Source: an uncultured Gemmatimonadales bacterium (GTDB lineage: Bacteria > Gemmatimonadota > Gemmatimonadetes > Gemmatimonadales > GWC2-71-9). From it: a DNA stretch of 64,000 bases. Location: contig CAWCFX010000003.1 of assembly GCA_963795085.1 (NCBI GenBank), forward strand, positions 160,001 to 224,000. Direction: 5' to 3'. The position numbers were made by a program, and so were the translations under genes. Each line of letters opens with the position of its first letter. Positions within the stretch are counted from its first letter, which is position 1. Below, piece after piece: positions 19,166-28,747 of the stretch. The notes beneath the pieces were generated by a model. It did not search any database, was not told where the DNA came from, and saw nothing but the letters and a program-made list of their open reading frames with translations.

Positions 19166-20673
19166 CGGCCGGTCCCCGCCGCCCCGGCCAGCCCGCCCAG
19201 CGGAAGGTCCCGAATCAGGTTGACCCGGACCCGCGCCACCTGGAGGTCCCGGGCGGCCATCGCCCGGTTGGCCTGCGCCTGCTGCAGGAGCAACCGTGAA
19301 TCCGAAAGCTCGGTCTGGTTCGAGATGCCTTCCCGGAACCGTATCTCCGCGATCCCGTAGGCCCGCGTCGCCTGTTCCACGACGCCGGCACTCGCGTCCC
19401 ACTGGGCCTGGGCTGCCTCCAGCCGGGCCAGCAGGTCGCGGGTGCCGAGGGCAGCCTGCTCCCGCGTCTGCTCCAGTTGCAGACGGGCTTCGTCGAGGTC
19501 CGCGGCGGCCGCCATCTTTTCGCCCCGGATTCTGCCGCCGGTGAAAAGAGGAACCTCCAGGCGGAGCGCCACGCTCCAGTCCGACCGGAACCCGGCATCG
19601 CCGAGTTCGAAGGTGGAGGGAGGAAACCCGATGCGCGCGTAGGTGGAAGACAGCCGCAGGCTGGGCAGCTGCTGCCCCGAAGCGACCTGCCGGCGCCCCT
19701 CGGCAGCCCGGACCAGTTCCTCCGATTGGCGCACCGCCGCGTTCGCGGCGACCGAGGTGTCGGACGCACCGCCGGGTCCGGGCCCGTCCGCCCCGGTATC
19801 GCCCAGTTCCGTGGTGAGTTCCAGCGGGGCGTCGAGCGGAAGGTCCAGCAGCTGGCGGAGCCGAAGGTGGGCGAGGTCCCGGTCGGTTCGCCGCTGGATC
19901 ACGATGGGACGCTGGTTATCCCGCGTCACCTGGGCCCGCAGCAGGTCGAACTCCGCCACGGTTCCCACCTCCTCGCCCAGCCGGATGTCGCCCAGGGTGC
20001 GCTCCGCCTGCACCAGGGTGGACTCGGCAATCGACAGGAGCCGGTCGCCCAGCACCGCCGCGTAGTATGCCGAGGTCACATCCACGATCACCTGGGCCCG
20101 GCGCGAGACAAGTCCAATCTCCGCCACCCGGCGGACGGCGGCGGCGGACTTCGCCTGCCCGCCCAGCCGGCGGTCGAAGATGGTCTGCGCCAGCGAGAGT
20201 CCGAAGCTGTACTGGTGTTCGCGGCCGAAAGGGAGGTCGCGGAACGCGTCAAACGGATTGGTATTGGAGAGGCATTGCAGGGAACTCTCCAGGGAATCCA
20301 CCCGCTCGCCGATCGGGAGACTGGGGTCGGGCTGGAAGGCCCGGCAGCCGGCCGGGGCACCCGACGTGGTATCGCTCTCGTCCTGGAGAGTGGAGAACTG
20401 GCTCCGCAGGGTCCGGGTGTACGTGGCGCTGCCGGTGAGCTGGGGCCAGTAGCCGCTCCTGGCCTGGAGCTGCTGACCCCGGGCCCGATCCACGGCGGCC
20501 CGGGCGATCCCTACCGTTTCGCTGGCATCCTCGGCGAGGGCGATCGCCGCGGCGAGGGAGAGAACCTGGGGGGAAGAGGGCGCAACCTGCGCAGATATCG
20601 TCCCCCCCGTTCCAGCGCCCAGCGCGATTACCAGGAACCCCGGAATCGGGGCCCTCAGCCTGAATATCGTCAT
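19162..20673 (-). CDS. TolC-family outer membrane efflux protein
   Basis: Signal peptide, LSLAAAIALA, YWPQL, VPLFTGG, OEP helical repeats. Confidence 0.93.
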   Translation of the reverse strand: MTIFRLRAPIPGFLVIALGAGTGGTISAQVAPSSPQVLSLAAAIALAEDASETVGIARAAVDRARGQQLQARSGYWPQLTGSATYTRTLRSQFSTLQDESDTTSGAPAGCRAFQPDPSLPIGERVDSLESSLQCLSNTNPFDAFRDLPFGREHQYSFGLSLAQTIFDRRLGGQAKSAAAVRRVAEIGLVSRRAQVIVDVTSAYYAAVLGDRLLSIAESTLVQAERTLGDIRLGEEVGTVAEFDLLRAQVTRDNQRPIVIQRRTDRDLAHLRLRQLLDLPLDAPLELTTELGDTGADGPGPGGASDTSVAANAAVRQSEELVRAAEGRRQVASGQQLPSLRLSSTYARIGFPPSTFELGDAGFRSDWSVALRLEVPLFTGGRIRGEKMAAAADLDEARLQLEQTREQAALGTRDLLARLEAAQAQWDASAGVVEQATRAYGIAEIRFREGISNQTELSDSRLLLQQAQANRAMAARDLQVARVRVNLIRDLPLGGLAGAAGTGR

Positions 20674-20680
20674 GGTCCCT

Positions 20681-21325
20681 TTAATGGCGCTCCACGCCCG
20701 GCGCGTGGGTCAGCCCGGCGATGATAAAGTCGGTAATGACCGCCAGAAGTTCCTCCGGCGATTGCTGCCCCCGCTCCAGGCAGCCGCCCCGTACCAGGCG
20801 AATAGCGCCCACCAGCGCTGACTGCGCCCCGAAGAGCAGGTTCCGCGGCGTACTGCCGGCGGGAAAGAGCCCCTCCCGTATACCCCGCTCCATGAGCGAG
20901 GTTACCAGCAGGTGCAGTTCGTCATCCAGCCGGCGGATCTCTTCCCGGGTTGCCTCGCTGATACTGCTGCGAAAATCCTCGCGGTCGCAGTACTGCACCA
21001 GCCGGTGATACTTCTCGCTGTCGACGTGGGTTTCCCAGAATACCCGGACCAGCGCCCGCAGACGCCCGATGACATCGAGGGCTGGATCAATGGCTCGTAG
21101 TCGCTCCAGCAGCTGACGGTTAAAGTCCAGCGCCAGACGGGCGTAGAGATCCTCCTTGCTGGGGAAGTGCTTGTAGATGGTGCCTTTCCCGATCTCGGAG
21201 GCCTGGGCCACCTCCTCGATGGTGACCGCCTGCCAATCGTCCCGGTCGAACAAGGCAAGCGCCGCCCCGAGAATCTCCTGCTCTCGGCGCTGGAACTCCC
21301 GCTCTTTCCGTTCCGGTATCCCCAT
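20681..21325 (-). CDS. TetR/AcrR family transcriptional regulator
   Basis: HTH VTIEEVAQASEIGKGTIYKHFPSKEDL; first gene of the efflux operon. Confidence 0.95.
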   Translation of the reverse strand: MGIPERKEREFQRREQEILGAALALFDRDDWQAVTIEEVAQASEIGKGTIYKHFPSKEDLYARLALDFNRQLLERLRAIDPALDVIGRLRALVRVFWETHVDSEKYHRLVQYCDREDFRSSISEATREEIRRLDDELHLLVTSLMERGIREGLFPAGSTPRNLLFGAQSALVGAIRLVRGGCLERGQQSPEELLAVITDFIIAGLTHAPGVERH

Positions 21326-21346
21326 ATATTCCCAAACCCCATGCCG

Positions 21347-21386
21347 TGAACGCGGGTAACAATATGACCGCTGGTCACAAAGTCAA
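21347..21386 (-). promoter_or_regulatory. sigma70-type promoter with TetR operator(s)
   Basis: Minus strand TTGACT-16-TATTGT; palindrome TGACC-GCT-GGTCA (21365-21377) in the spacer; degenerate copy TGAACGCGGGTAA (21347-21359). Confidence 0.75.
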
Positions 21387-21493
21387 GGAACGATCCTTCC
21401 CGGGAGAGAGGCGGGACGCGGGTGGGCGGCGCAGTTGGCAGCTCCCTGCTCACTTCTTACTGCTGACTTATTGGCTGATTAGCTTAGGGTTGG

Positions 21494-21580
21494 GGCGTGG
21501 TGGCCGAGCGGTTTAAGGCAGCGGTCTTGAAAACCGCCAAGGGGGAAACTCCTTCGTGAGTTCGAATCTCACCCACGCCG
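21494..21580 (+). tRNA. tRNA-Ser(TGA)
   Basis: Acceptor GGCGTGG/CCACGCC, anticodon arm GCGGT-CTTGAAA-ACCGC, long variable arm, TTCGAAT T-loop; CCA not encoded. Confidence 0.96.
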
Positions 21581-21637
21581 TTTTTTCGGCAGTGACCGCC
21601 ATTTTCGTAGATGGGAATCTCACTCAACATCTTAGCA

Positions 21638-22273
21638 TCAGTGCCGAGCGCTGCAGCTGCTGCAGGGCGGCGGGCGATTCACGCAGCGCGCCGATCGCAC
21701 ATTCCCATCGGCGTCTTCCAGCCGCCAGACCGCGCTGTCCGCCGGCACCCCGGCGAGCGGAACGTGGGCCAGCCAGGTGAGATTGTCTACCGGCGTCCAG
21801 CTCCAGTCGTAGGCCTCGAGGACCACCCTGTTCTGGTTCCGCAGCACGGTGATGGTGGACTGGCTGCGCCGGTTGAGGGTCTTGCGGCCCTGCAGGTCCA
21901 CGATCCGGGCCGTGAGCAGGTCAGCGCTGAACACACAGGACACGAGGTAGGGCGCCTCGCCCCGGAGCTGGTGCCGCCGGTCCTCGTCCCGGTAGATATG
22001 GAGCGGGATATCAAAGGGCTCGAAGCGGTGATCCACCACCGCGATGGAGAACCGGCCGGCCCGGTGCCTGGTCTGGAAGGCGCCGAAGGAATTGGTGACA
22101 ACCGCACTGTCCCCGACCAGGACCCGGACGCCGGCCAGGGGCAGGTTCAGTACCGAATCCTCGAGGTATCCGGCGATCTGGAACGTCCGCTCCGGAGGGG
22201 GGCCGGGTTCGACGGAATCGCTGCCACCGCCGCAGGCGGCGCAGAGCACAAAGAGAAAAAGAGTCTGCCGCAT
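21638..22273 (-). CDS. hypothetical lipoprotein (carboxypeptidase-regulatory-like N-domain, C-terminal Cys cluster)
   Basis: GGAGG RBS, lipobox LCAAC, G.LED....PLAGVRV...TNSFGAF pattern, ends CVNRPPPCSSC. Confidence 0.75.
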   Translation of the reverse strand: MRQTLFLFVLCAACGGGSDSVEPGPPPERTFQIAGYLEDSVLNLPLAGVRVLVGDSAVVTNSFGAFQTRHRAGRFSIAVVDHRFEPFDIPLHIYRDEDRRHQLRGEAPYLVSCVFSADLLTARIVDLQGRKTLNRRSQSTITVLRNQNRVVLEAYDWSWTPVDNLTWLAHVPLAGVPADSAVWRLEDADGNVRSARCVNRPPPCSSCSARH

Positions 22274-22407
22274 AGGAGCCTCCCGGGGTGCCGTGGCGCC
22301 ACGTCTCCACGATACAGCCGGGTGCACCGGTGCGCCAGAGAGCGGGCGCCCAAATGCATCTCTCGCCTTGCGTTCAGGCCCCCTGCCTGTCAATTTCCTC
22401 CCTCGCT

Positions 22408-22498
22408 GGAGCGATGGCCGAGTGGCTGAAGGCGGCGGTTTGCTAAACCGTTATAGGGTTGAAAAGCCCTATCGAGGGTTCGAATCCCTCTCGCTCCG
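22408..22498 (+). tRNA. tRNA-Ser(GCT)
   Basis: Acceptor GGAGCGA/TCGCTCC, anticodon loop TTGCTAA, long variable arm ATAGGG/CCCTAT, GGTTCGAATCC; CCA not encoded. Confidence 0.96.
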
Positions 22499-22506
22499 TC
22501 CTTGGG

Positions 22507-22570
22507 TGAGCAGTGAGCAGTCAGCAATGAGCGGGGGCTGTCCCGCTCAAGGCTCTCCGCTCACTGCTTG
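22507..22570. repeat. heptamer tandem repeats (TGAGCAG type) with inverted arm
   Basis: tgagcag tgagcag tcagcaa tgagcgg ... ccgctca ctgcttg; internal hairpin tgagcggg/cccgctca. Confidence 0.8.
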
Positions 22571-22594
22571 CTACTTTTACAGGGCCACCCACCT

Positions 22595-24019
22595 ATGGCT
22601 GGAATCCGAGTTCGCTTCGCTCCGTCTCCCACCGGCTACCTCCATGTCGGCGGGGCCCGCACGGCCCTCTTCAACTGGCTGTTCGCGAAGAAGACCGGGG
22701 GTGTTTTCATCCTCCGGATCGAGGATACCGACCGGGAACGGAGCACCGAGGCTCACACCCAGGTGATTCTCGACGGCCTCGCATGGCTCGGTATCCAGTG
22801 GGACGAAGGCCCCTGCTTCCAGGGCGGCTACACCGACCGGCACCGGGCTGACGCCGGGCGCCTGCTGGCCGAAGGCAAGGCCTATCGGTGTTTTTGCACC
22901 AAAGAGGAGCTGGAGGCGCAGCGGAAAGCCACCGTCGCCGGGTCGGAAGCCTTTCGCTACGACCGGCGCTGCCATCGGCTCAGTGCACCGGACGTCGCCG
23001 AACGGCAGGCCCGCGGTATCCCCAGCGTCATTCGTTTCCTTATGCCGGACGAGGAAATCGCCTGGGAGGATGCGGTGCACGGTCGGATCAGCTTCCAGGG
23101 CCGGGACCTGGATGACCTGGTCATTCTCCGGAGCGACGGCAGCCCGATCTACAATCTCGCCGTGGTCTCCGACGATATCGCCATGCGGATCACCCACGTC
23201 ATCCGGGGCGATGACCATATCTCCAATACCCCGAAACAGGTCGCGCTCTACCGGGCGCTGGAACAGCCGCTTCCGGTGTTCGCCCATGTGCCCATGATCC
23301 TGGGAAGCGATGGGAAGAAGCTGTCCAAGCGCCACGGGGCCACCGCGGTGGGAGATTACCAGGACAAGGGGATTCTCCCGCTGGCCATGCGGAACTTCCT
23401 GGCCCTCCTGGGCTGGTCGCCCGGCGGCGACCGCGAGATCATGGCGGAGGCAGACATGATCGCCCTCTTCAGCCTTGAGGGAATCCAGAAAAAACCCGCG
23501 GTCTTCGACACCACCAAGCTGGAGTGGATGAACGGCCAGTACCTGTCGGCCCTGCCGGCCAGTGAACTGCTGGGGCCGGTGCGGCGGGAACTGGACCGGA
23601 TGGGGGTCACCCCCGCCAACCGGCCGCTGGAGCCGCTGATCGATACCGTGAAGGCCCGCTCCCGCACCATCCTCGATATCGCAACCCAGGTGGCGGTGCG
23701 GCTGGACGGTGGCCGGGTGATCCTGGACGAGAAATCGGAGCAGTTCCGCCACAAGCTGGGCGAGGGGTTCCGCCGCAACCTCGCCCTCGCGGCGGCCGCC
23801 CTGGAGACGGTCCCCGCCGAGGATTGGAATGCCGAGCGGGTGCTGCAGGCCATCAAGGGAACCGCGGAGGAGCACCAGGTGAAGCTGGGCGATGCCATGC
23901 AGCCAATCCGGATCGCCTTGACCGGGACCACCGTCTCGGAGCCAGTCAACGAGTTGCTCGCGGTGATAGGACGGGATGACAGTATCGAGCGTCTTCGCCG
24001 GTTCGCCTCTGCATCCTAG
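22595..24019 (+). CDS. gltX: glutamate--tRNA ligase
   Basis: RVRFAPSPTGYLHVGG, LRIEDTD, HVIRGDDH, KLSKR. Confidence 0.98.
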   Translation: MAGIRVRFAPSPTGYLHVGGARTALFNWLFAKKTGGVFILRIEDTDRERSTEAHTQVILDGLAWLGIQWDEGPCFQGGYTDRHRADAGRLLAEGKAYRCFCTKEELEAQRKATVAGSEAFRYDRRCHRLSAPDVAERQARGIPSVIRFLMPDEEIAWEDAVHGRISFQGRDLDDLVILRSDGSPIYNLAVVSDDIAMRITHVIRGDDHISNTPKQVALYRALEQPLPVFAHVPMILGSDGKKLSKRHGATAVGDYQDKGILPLAMRNFLALLGWSPGGDREIMAEADMIALFSLEGIQKKPAVFDTTKLEWMNGQYLSALPASELLGPVRRELDRMGVTPANRPLEPLIDTVKARSRTILDIATQVAVRLDGGRVILDEKSEQFRHKLGEGFRRNLALAAAALETVPAEDWNAERVLQAIKGTAEEHQVKLGDAMQPIRIALTGTTVSEPVNELLAVIGRDDSIERLRRFASAS

Positions 24020-25202
24020 TCGTGGCCCTGCCGCCCTGCTGCTGCTGGCGGCGGCGGCCTGCGCCCCGGCGGCGGCGCCGCCGCCAGAACCCATCCCGCT
24101 GGTTCGCGATTCGGTCCTGGCCCCCGATACCGTGGCGAGGGCCGTGCCTGCCCCCGCGCCGTCGCTCCCGCCCGCCCCCAGGCGCGCCGCCCTTCCTGTC
24201 CGCCTCAGCTTCACCGGCGACATCAACCTCGGCACCAGCACCCTTCCCGGAGGGATCCCGCCCGATGAGGGCCGGGGCCTGCTGGACGCGGTGAAACCGC
24301 TGCTGGCCGCCGACCTGGTCGTCGGCAACCTCGAAGGCGTTCTCGCGGACACGGGGACCACCACCAAGTGCGACCCGCCCGGCCCGGATCGGCGCCGGAC
24401 CCCGCCGCCACCACCACGCGCCAACTGTTACGTTTTCCTCACTCCGACCGCCCTGGCTCCCCGGCTTCGGGAAGCCGGGTTCACCCATCTCAACCTCGCC
24501 AACAACCACGCCCACGACTACGGGCTGGCCGGCCGCCTCAGCACCGAGGCCACGCTGCGGGCGCTCGGCCTCAAGGTGTACGGCCCCGCAGGGCAGGTCA
24601 GCATCGATACGCTGCGCGCCGGCGACAGCCTGACCGTCATCGGCCTCATCGGCTTCAGTACCTATCCGTCAGCGCCCAACCTGCTGGACCTCGACGCCAG
24701 TGCGGCCCTGGTGGATTCCATCAGCCGCGACGTCGACCTTGTCGTGGTGACGTTTCATGGCGGCAACGAGGGGGCCGGGGCGCTCAACGTGGCGGACGGG
24801 CCGGAATTCCTGGGCCGGGAGCCGCGGGGCGATCTCCGGCGGTGGGCCCGGGTGGTGATCGACGCGGGGGCCGACCTGGTGGTGGGACACGGGCCCCACG
24901 TGCTCCGCGGCATCGAGTTCTACCGCGGCCGCCCGGTGGTGTACTCGCTGGGCAATTTCCTTACCTACCGGGGCTTCAGCCTGTCGGGTCCCCTCGGCAT
25001 CACCGCCATCTTTACGGCCGAACTGTCCGGCGACGGGACGTTCCGGAACGGCCGGATCGTTCCCCTCCACCAGCCCCCGCGTCAAGGGCCCCGCCGTGAT
25101 GCCGCCAGCCGGGCCCTGGAGTTGATGCAACGACTGTCACGCGAAGACTTCGGGCCGGGTGCGGCCCGGATTACTCCGGAGGGGGAAGTGCTGGAGAATT
25201 GA
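23976..25202 (+). CDS. CapA/PGA_cap family metallophosphatase-fold lipoprotein
   Basis: FTGDINLG, NLE, LANNHAHDYG, FHGG.E, GHGPHV, YSLGNF; start uncertain. Confidence 0.9.
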   Translation: MTVSSVFAGSPLHPSRGPAALLLLAAAACAPAAAPPPEPIPLVRDSVLAPDTVARAVPAPAPSLPPAPRRAALPVRLSFTGDINLGTSTLPGGIPPDEGRGLLDAVKPLLAADLVVGNLEGVLADTGTTTKCDPPGPDRRRTPPPPPRANCYVFLTPTALAPRLREAGFTHLNLANNHAHDYGLAGRLSTEATLRALGLKVYGPAGQVSIDTLRAGDSLTVIGLIGFSTYPSAPNLLDLDASAALVDSISRDVDLVVVTFHGGNEGAGALNVADGPEFLGREPRGDLRRWARVVIDAGADLVVGHGPHVLRGIEFYRGRPVVYSLGNFLTYRGFSLSGPLGITAIFTAELSGDGTFRNGRIVPLHQPPRQGPRRDAASRALELMQRLSREDFGPGAARITPEGEVLEN

Positions 25203-25241
25203 TCTCCGGTTTCCTCCACTCCCCGGTTCGACTCAATTCTC

Positions 25242-26942
25242 TCACTCCCCCCTCATCCCCGGCACCGGGCTACCCCGGATCACCGGCACCGGCCCCACTG
25301 GGAGCGGCGTGAAGTCGATCTTGGCCACTCCGGCCAGCAGGTGGGTGTTGCTGGTGTCGTAGAAGAGCGGAGCGTCGTTGGGCCCCAGAACCATCTCCGA
25401 GGCGCAGGCGATACGGACGCTGCTCACCTGGGCGGTGACCTGGTGGGCCCGGATGGATGCCGAGGGAATCGTCACGTAGCCGCAGTCCCATTCCAGCCCC
25501 ACGTTGGTGAGCTGGGCGCCCATGTCGCGCAGGAACTGGTTCTCGATCGCGATCCCCGCCGTGGTGTAGAACGGCTCCCGCTCCCCGATGTAGATGATCC
25601 GGCCGCCTTGCGCCGCGAAGGCCTTGAAGGCGTTGATCTCGGTGCGCCCGTAACTCACCAGGGGCATCCACAGGACCATGACCTTCACGTTGACGGGAAT
25701 CGAACTGAATGTCGTCAGGGTGTCGAACTTGACGATCTGAAACCCCTGCGCCACGATGACAGAATCGAGCCGGGCCTTTTCCTGGTCGGCGCATTCCCCG
25801 TTCTGGAAGCAGGGCGAGTTCCGTCCCCGGTCGTAATACACCACCCGGCCATTGTTCCGGATGCCGGGGCTCTGGAAGTTTACCAGGTTGCGAACCATTC
25901 GCGCGTTGCCCGGGTAGGAGTCGGGCTGCATCGGGATCAGGTCGAAGATGTTCTGGTCGTTGATCACGATCACGTCCCCGCCCGCCGACGGCACCGTGCT
26001 GATGACCACGGTGGCGCAGCCGTTCTGGGTGGGCTGTGCGGACGAGCGGGCGCAGACCTGGAAGCGGGACGGATTGGGCACCGCGCTGGGCGCGGTGTAG
26101 AACCCGGAGGAGTCAATGGTGCCAAAGGTGGGGTTGCCACCGTCTACGCCGTTGACCGACCAGATATAGACGGCCGGCGGACCGACGGTCACCGTGAATT
26201 GCTGCTGGCCGCCCGGCAATTTCTCCACCGAGTCGGGGGTGATGCCCAGGGCGGCGCTGCCCAGGATCGTGAGGGTCGTCTGGGCAATGGTGCCGTTGGG
26301 CGTCAGCGCCGTGACGTCGATTTTCTTGGTGATATCCGGCGCGCGAACCAGGCCCAGCGCGTTGATGGCCACCCGCGGGTCTGAGGTGGACCAGGAGACA
26401 TAGAAGTTGGCAACCGGCTGCTGGCTCGAATCAATGGCGGTGACGAGGTATTCGAGGGAATCACCGGCGTTCAGGGTATCGTCCACCGGCGAGAGATTCA
26501 GGCCGGCGATGTTCCCGCCCGGTCCGATATACAACAAGGGAACCGAGGGGGCCGTGGCCGCAGGAGCACCTACCCGTGCCTCCACTCTTACCTGGCCCCG
26601 GAACAGCACCACGCCCTGGGTGGTCCGGTATTCCAGCACCGCCAGCAGCGACTCGGCCTGGCTGGTCAGGGCCACCGCCAGGCTGAACCGTACGCTGGAA
26701 CTGTCCAGCGGGAGCGTGCGGGTAAGGGTCCCGATGGTGTCCCCCGGCGGCCGGACCAGCGCGAGCCGCACCTGCTCAATGGCCAGGTTGCTCGCGAACA
26801 GCTGGTACTGGGGAGGGATGTCACCCCGGAGGCTGAAGCTGACGATGCCGGGTACGCCGGTGGCATCGGAGGCGCGGTCGAGGCTGCAACGCGAAAACAG
26901 CGCTACGACGGCAACGCCCAGCAGGATGTGGCGGATTCGCAT
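25242..26942 (-). CDS. secreted Ig-like domain protein with C-terminal alpha/beta (GATase-like) domain, paralog A
   Basis: Signal peptide MRIRHILLGVAVVALFSRC; Big_2-like VSWSTSDP..A.I...G; WSVNG..GG....GTI...G.YTAP. Confidence 0.8.
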   Translation of the reverse strand: MRIRHILLGVAVVALFSRCSLDRASDATGVPGIVSFSLRGDIPPQYQLFASNLAIEQVRLALVRPPGDTIGTLTRTLPLDSSSVRFSLAVALTSQAESLLAVLEYRTTQGVVLFRGQVRVEARVGAPAATAPSVPLLYIGPGGNIAGLNLSPVDDTLNAGDSLEYLVTAIDSSQQPVANFYVSWSTSDPRVAINALGLVRAPDITKKIDVTALTPNGTIAQTTLTILGSAALGITPDSVEKLPGGQQQFTVTVGPPAVYIWSVNGVDGGNPTFGTIDSSGFYTAPSAVPNPSRFQVCARSSAQPTQNGCATVVISTVPSAGGDVIVINDQNIFDLIPMQPDSYPGNARMVRNLVNFQSPGIRNNGRVVYYDRGRNSPCFQNGECADQEKARLDSVIVAQGFQIVKFDTLTTFSSIPVNVKVMVLWMPLVSYGRTEINAFKAFAAQGGRIIYIGEREPFYTTAGIAIENQFLRDMGAQLTNVGLEWDCGYVTIPSASIRAHQVTAQVSSVRIACASEMVLGPNDAPLFYDTSNTHLLAGVAKIDFTPLPVGPVPVIRGSPVPGMRGE

Positions 26943-27007
26943 AGAAGACCAGGGTGAAGGCTCCGCGTAAAGTGCAGGCGGACGGCCTCGATTGACAAGG
27001 GGCTGGG

Positions 27008-28660
27008 TTACTCTCCGTAGTTGAGTGTTGGCCGGGGGTCGATCTTGCCCACACCGGCGACCGGCTGCTGGTTCACCACCAGCAACGGGTAGCCACCACC
27101 GTAGTCCCCCAGTTCCACGGCGCAGTTCATCCGGACCGCGGCGACCCCGTTCGTCACCTGGTGAGCCTGGATGCCGGAGGGGGTAATATCCAGCGGAGAC
27201 CCGCACCCGGCGTCGGTATAGTTGAAATAGTGGCGGATCCCGAGCCGCGACATCATGTCATTCGCCACGTTCAGAACATTGGTCCCGGTATTGACGCTGG
27301 TCGTATCGTCCACCACCAGAACAATGCGTCCGCCTTCGCGGGCGAATCGTTTCAGCTCGTTGGACTCCCGGTCCGACAAGTACACCGTCGGGGTCCAGAT
27401 GAAAATGACCTTTACGCCGGCCGCGATGCTTCGATAGCTGGCCACCGTGTCCACCCGCTGCACCGTGAAGCCGTTCGTCACGAGGACGCTGGTGAGCGAG
27501 TTGAGCGCCGAGTCCGCGCACGCCCCGGAACTGAGACAGGGGGCGTCCCGGCCCCGATCGAACAGCACGGTTCGCCGGGCAATGCGGGGGCCGCCGCCCC
27601 CATAGTTCACCAGGTGAGCGGCCAGCGCCTGGTTGCCGGGCTGGCTCGACAGGGCGGCATCGGTCAGGAGATAGAGGTCCCCCAATACGACCACGTCGCC
27701 CCCCGGCGTGGGCGGTGACGCCAGCTGCACCTGGGCACAGGAGGAATCGGTGCCCGTCGTCGCGCAAATGCTGACCCGGGACGGACTGGGAACGGCGGCG
27801 GGGGCAGAGTACGACCCGTACATATCGATGGTCCCGACGGTGGTGTCGCCACCGGGAATGCCGTTGACATTCCAGGTGTAGGATCCGAACGCGGTGCCGT
27901 AAACGCTGAAATACTGATACTGGCCCGGCAGCATCTCGAGGGAATCCGGCGCGAGTCCCAACTGGCCGGGCGCGAAGTACATGAGGGCGGCCCCTTCGCT
28001 GCCGTTGGGCGCCTGTGCGTAGACCACGACCGATCCGGTCGCGTTGGGAGCCCGGAGCCGGCCCTGCCCGTCGACCACGACCGCGGGGTTATCGGTCTGC
28101 CAGTTGATGTACACCCCGGCGACCGGCTGGTTCAGAGAATCGTAGGCCTGGACGTCCATGAATGCCGTGTCGCCAAGACTCACGACTGAATCGGAAGGCG
28201 TGACGTAGAGATAGGCCACGTCGGCGCCCGGCCCCACGTAGGTAATCGGAATCTGCGGCGGCGTGGTGGGCAGGCCGGCACGGACCTGGATGGCCTGCTG
28301 CCCGGTAAACAGCACCGTGCCGGTCAGGGTCTCGTAGGAAAGCTGCACTGTGAGCGTTTCGCTGCTCGAGCCGAGGAGGATGGGCAGCCGGATCGTGAGG
28401 CTCTGGGCGGCCGGGGTGAACGGAATCACGGTATCGACCAGCGCCGCGGCACGCTGGCTGGAGAGCGTCAGGTGGATGCGCTCCACCCCGAGCCCGACCG
28501 CGAAACGGCTGAAATTCGGCGGCAGTTGTGGCGCGAGCTGGAGTCCCCCGGCCAGCGGCGCGCCGGGGCCGGCGGGATCGTCCCGCAGGGAGCAGGTCAG
28601 TCCGGCAAATGCAAGGGACAAAGCCCCGGCGACCCGAATGGGCAAACGACGACAGTTCAC
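27008..28660 (-). CDS. secreted Ig-like domain protein, paralog B
   Basis: Collinear with paralog A; GGAG 7 nt before GTG 28660 (ATG 28678 and 28687 are alternatives). Confidence 0.78.
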   Translation of the reverse strand: MNCRRLPIRVAGALSLAFAGLTCSLRDDPAGPGAPLAGGLQLAPQLPPNFSRFAVGLGVERIHLTLSSQRAAALVDTVIPFTPAAQSLTIRLPILLGSSSETLTVQLSYETLTGTVLFTGQQAIQVRAGLPTTPPQIPITYVGPGADVAYLYVTPSDSVVSLGDTAFMDVQAYDSLNQPVAGVYINWQTDNPAVVVDGQGRLRAPNATGSVVVYAQAPNGSEGAALMYFAPGQLGLAPDSLEMLPGQYQYFSVYGTAFGSYTWNVNGIPGGDTTVGTIDMYGSYSAPAAVPSPSRVSICATTGTDSSCAQVQLASPPTPGGDVVVLGDLYLLTDAALSSQPGNQALAAHLVNYGGGGPRIARRTVLFDRGRDAPCLSSGACADSALNSLTSVLVTNGFTVQRVDTVASYRSIAAGVKVIFIWTPTVYLSDRESNELKRFAREGGRIVLVVDDTTSVNTGTNVLNVANDMMSRLGIRHYFNYTDAGCGSPLDITPSGIQAHQVTNGVAAVRMNCAVELGDYGGGYPLLVVNQQPVAGVGKIDPRPTLNYGE

Positions 28661-28747
28661 GCGTAAGCTCCGTTGCATGATGGACATACGGGGCAGGTCG
28701 GATCCCGGCAACGGCTTCAGAAAAGGCAAGAACGATGCCCTTTGACC

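Noticed and set aside
21494..21580. Long-variable-arm tRNA as possible tRNA-Sec
   Set aside because: Anticodon is TGA (Ser), not TCA, and the acceptor stem is 7 bp
21632..21640. TGA-TGC-TAA at the end of the Cys-rich lipoprotein as possible Sec-Cys readthrough, given selA
   Set aside because: No convincing SECIS hairpin after the UGA; compatible with chance
24009..24011. Possible fourth CTG start for the CapA gene
   Set aside because: An in-frame ATG at 23976 with an AGGA upstream is adequate
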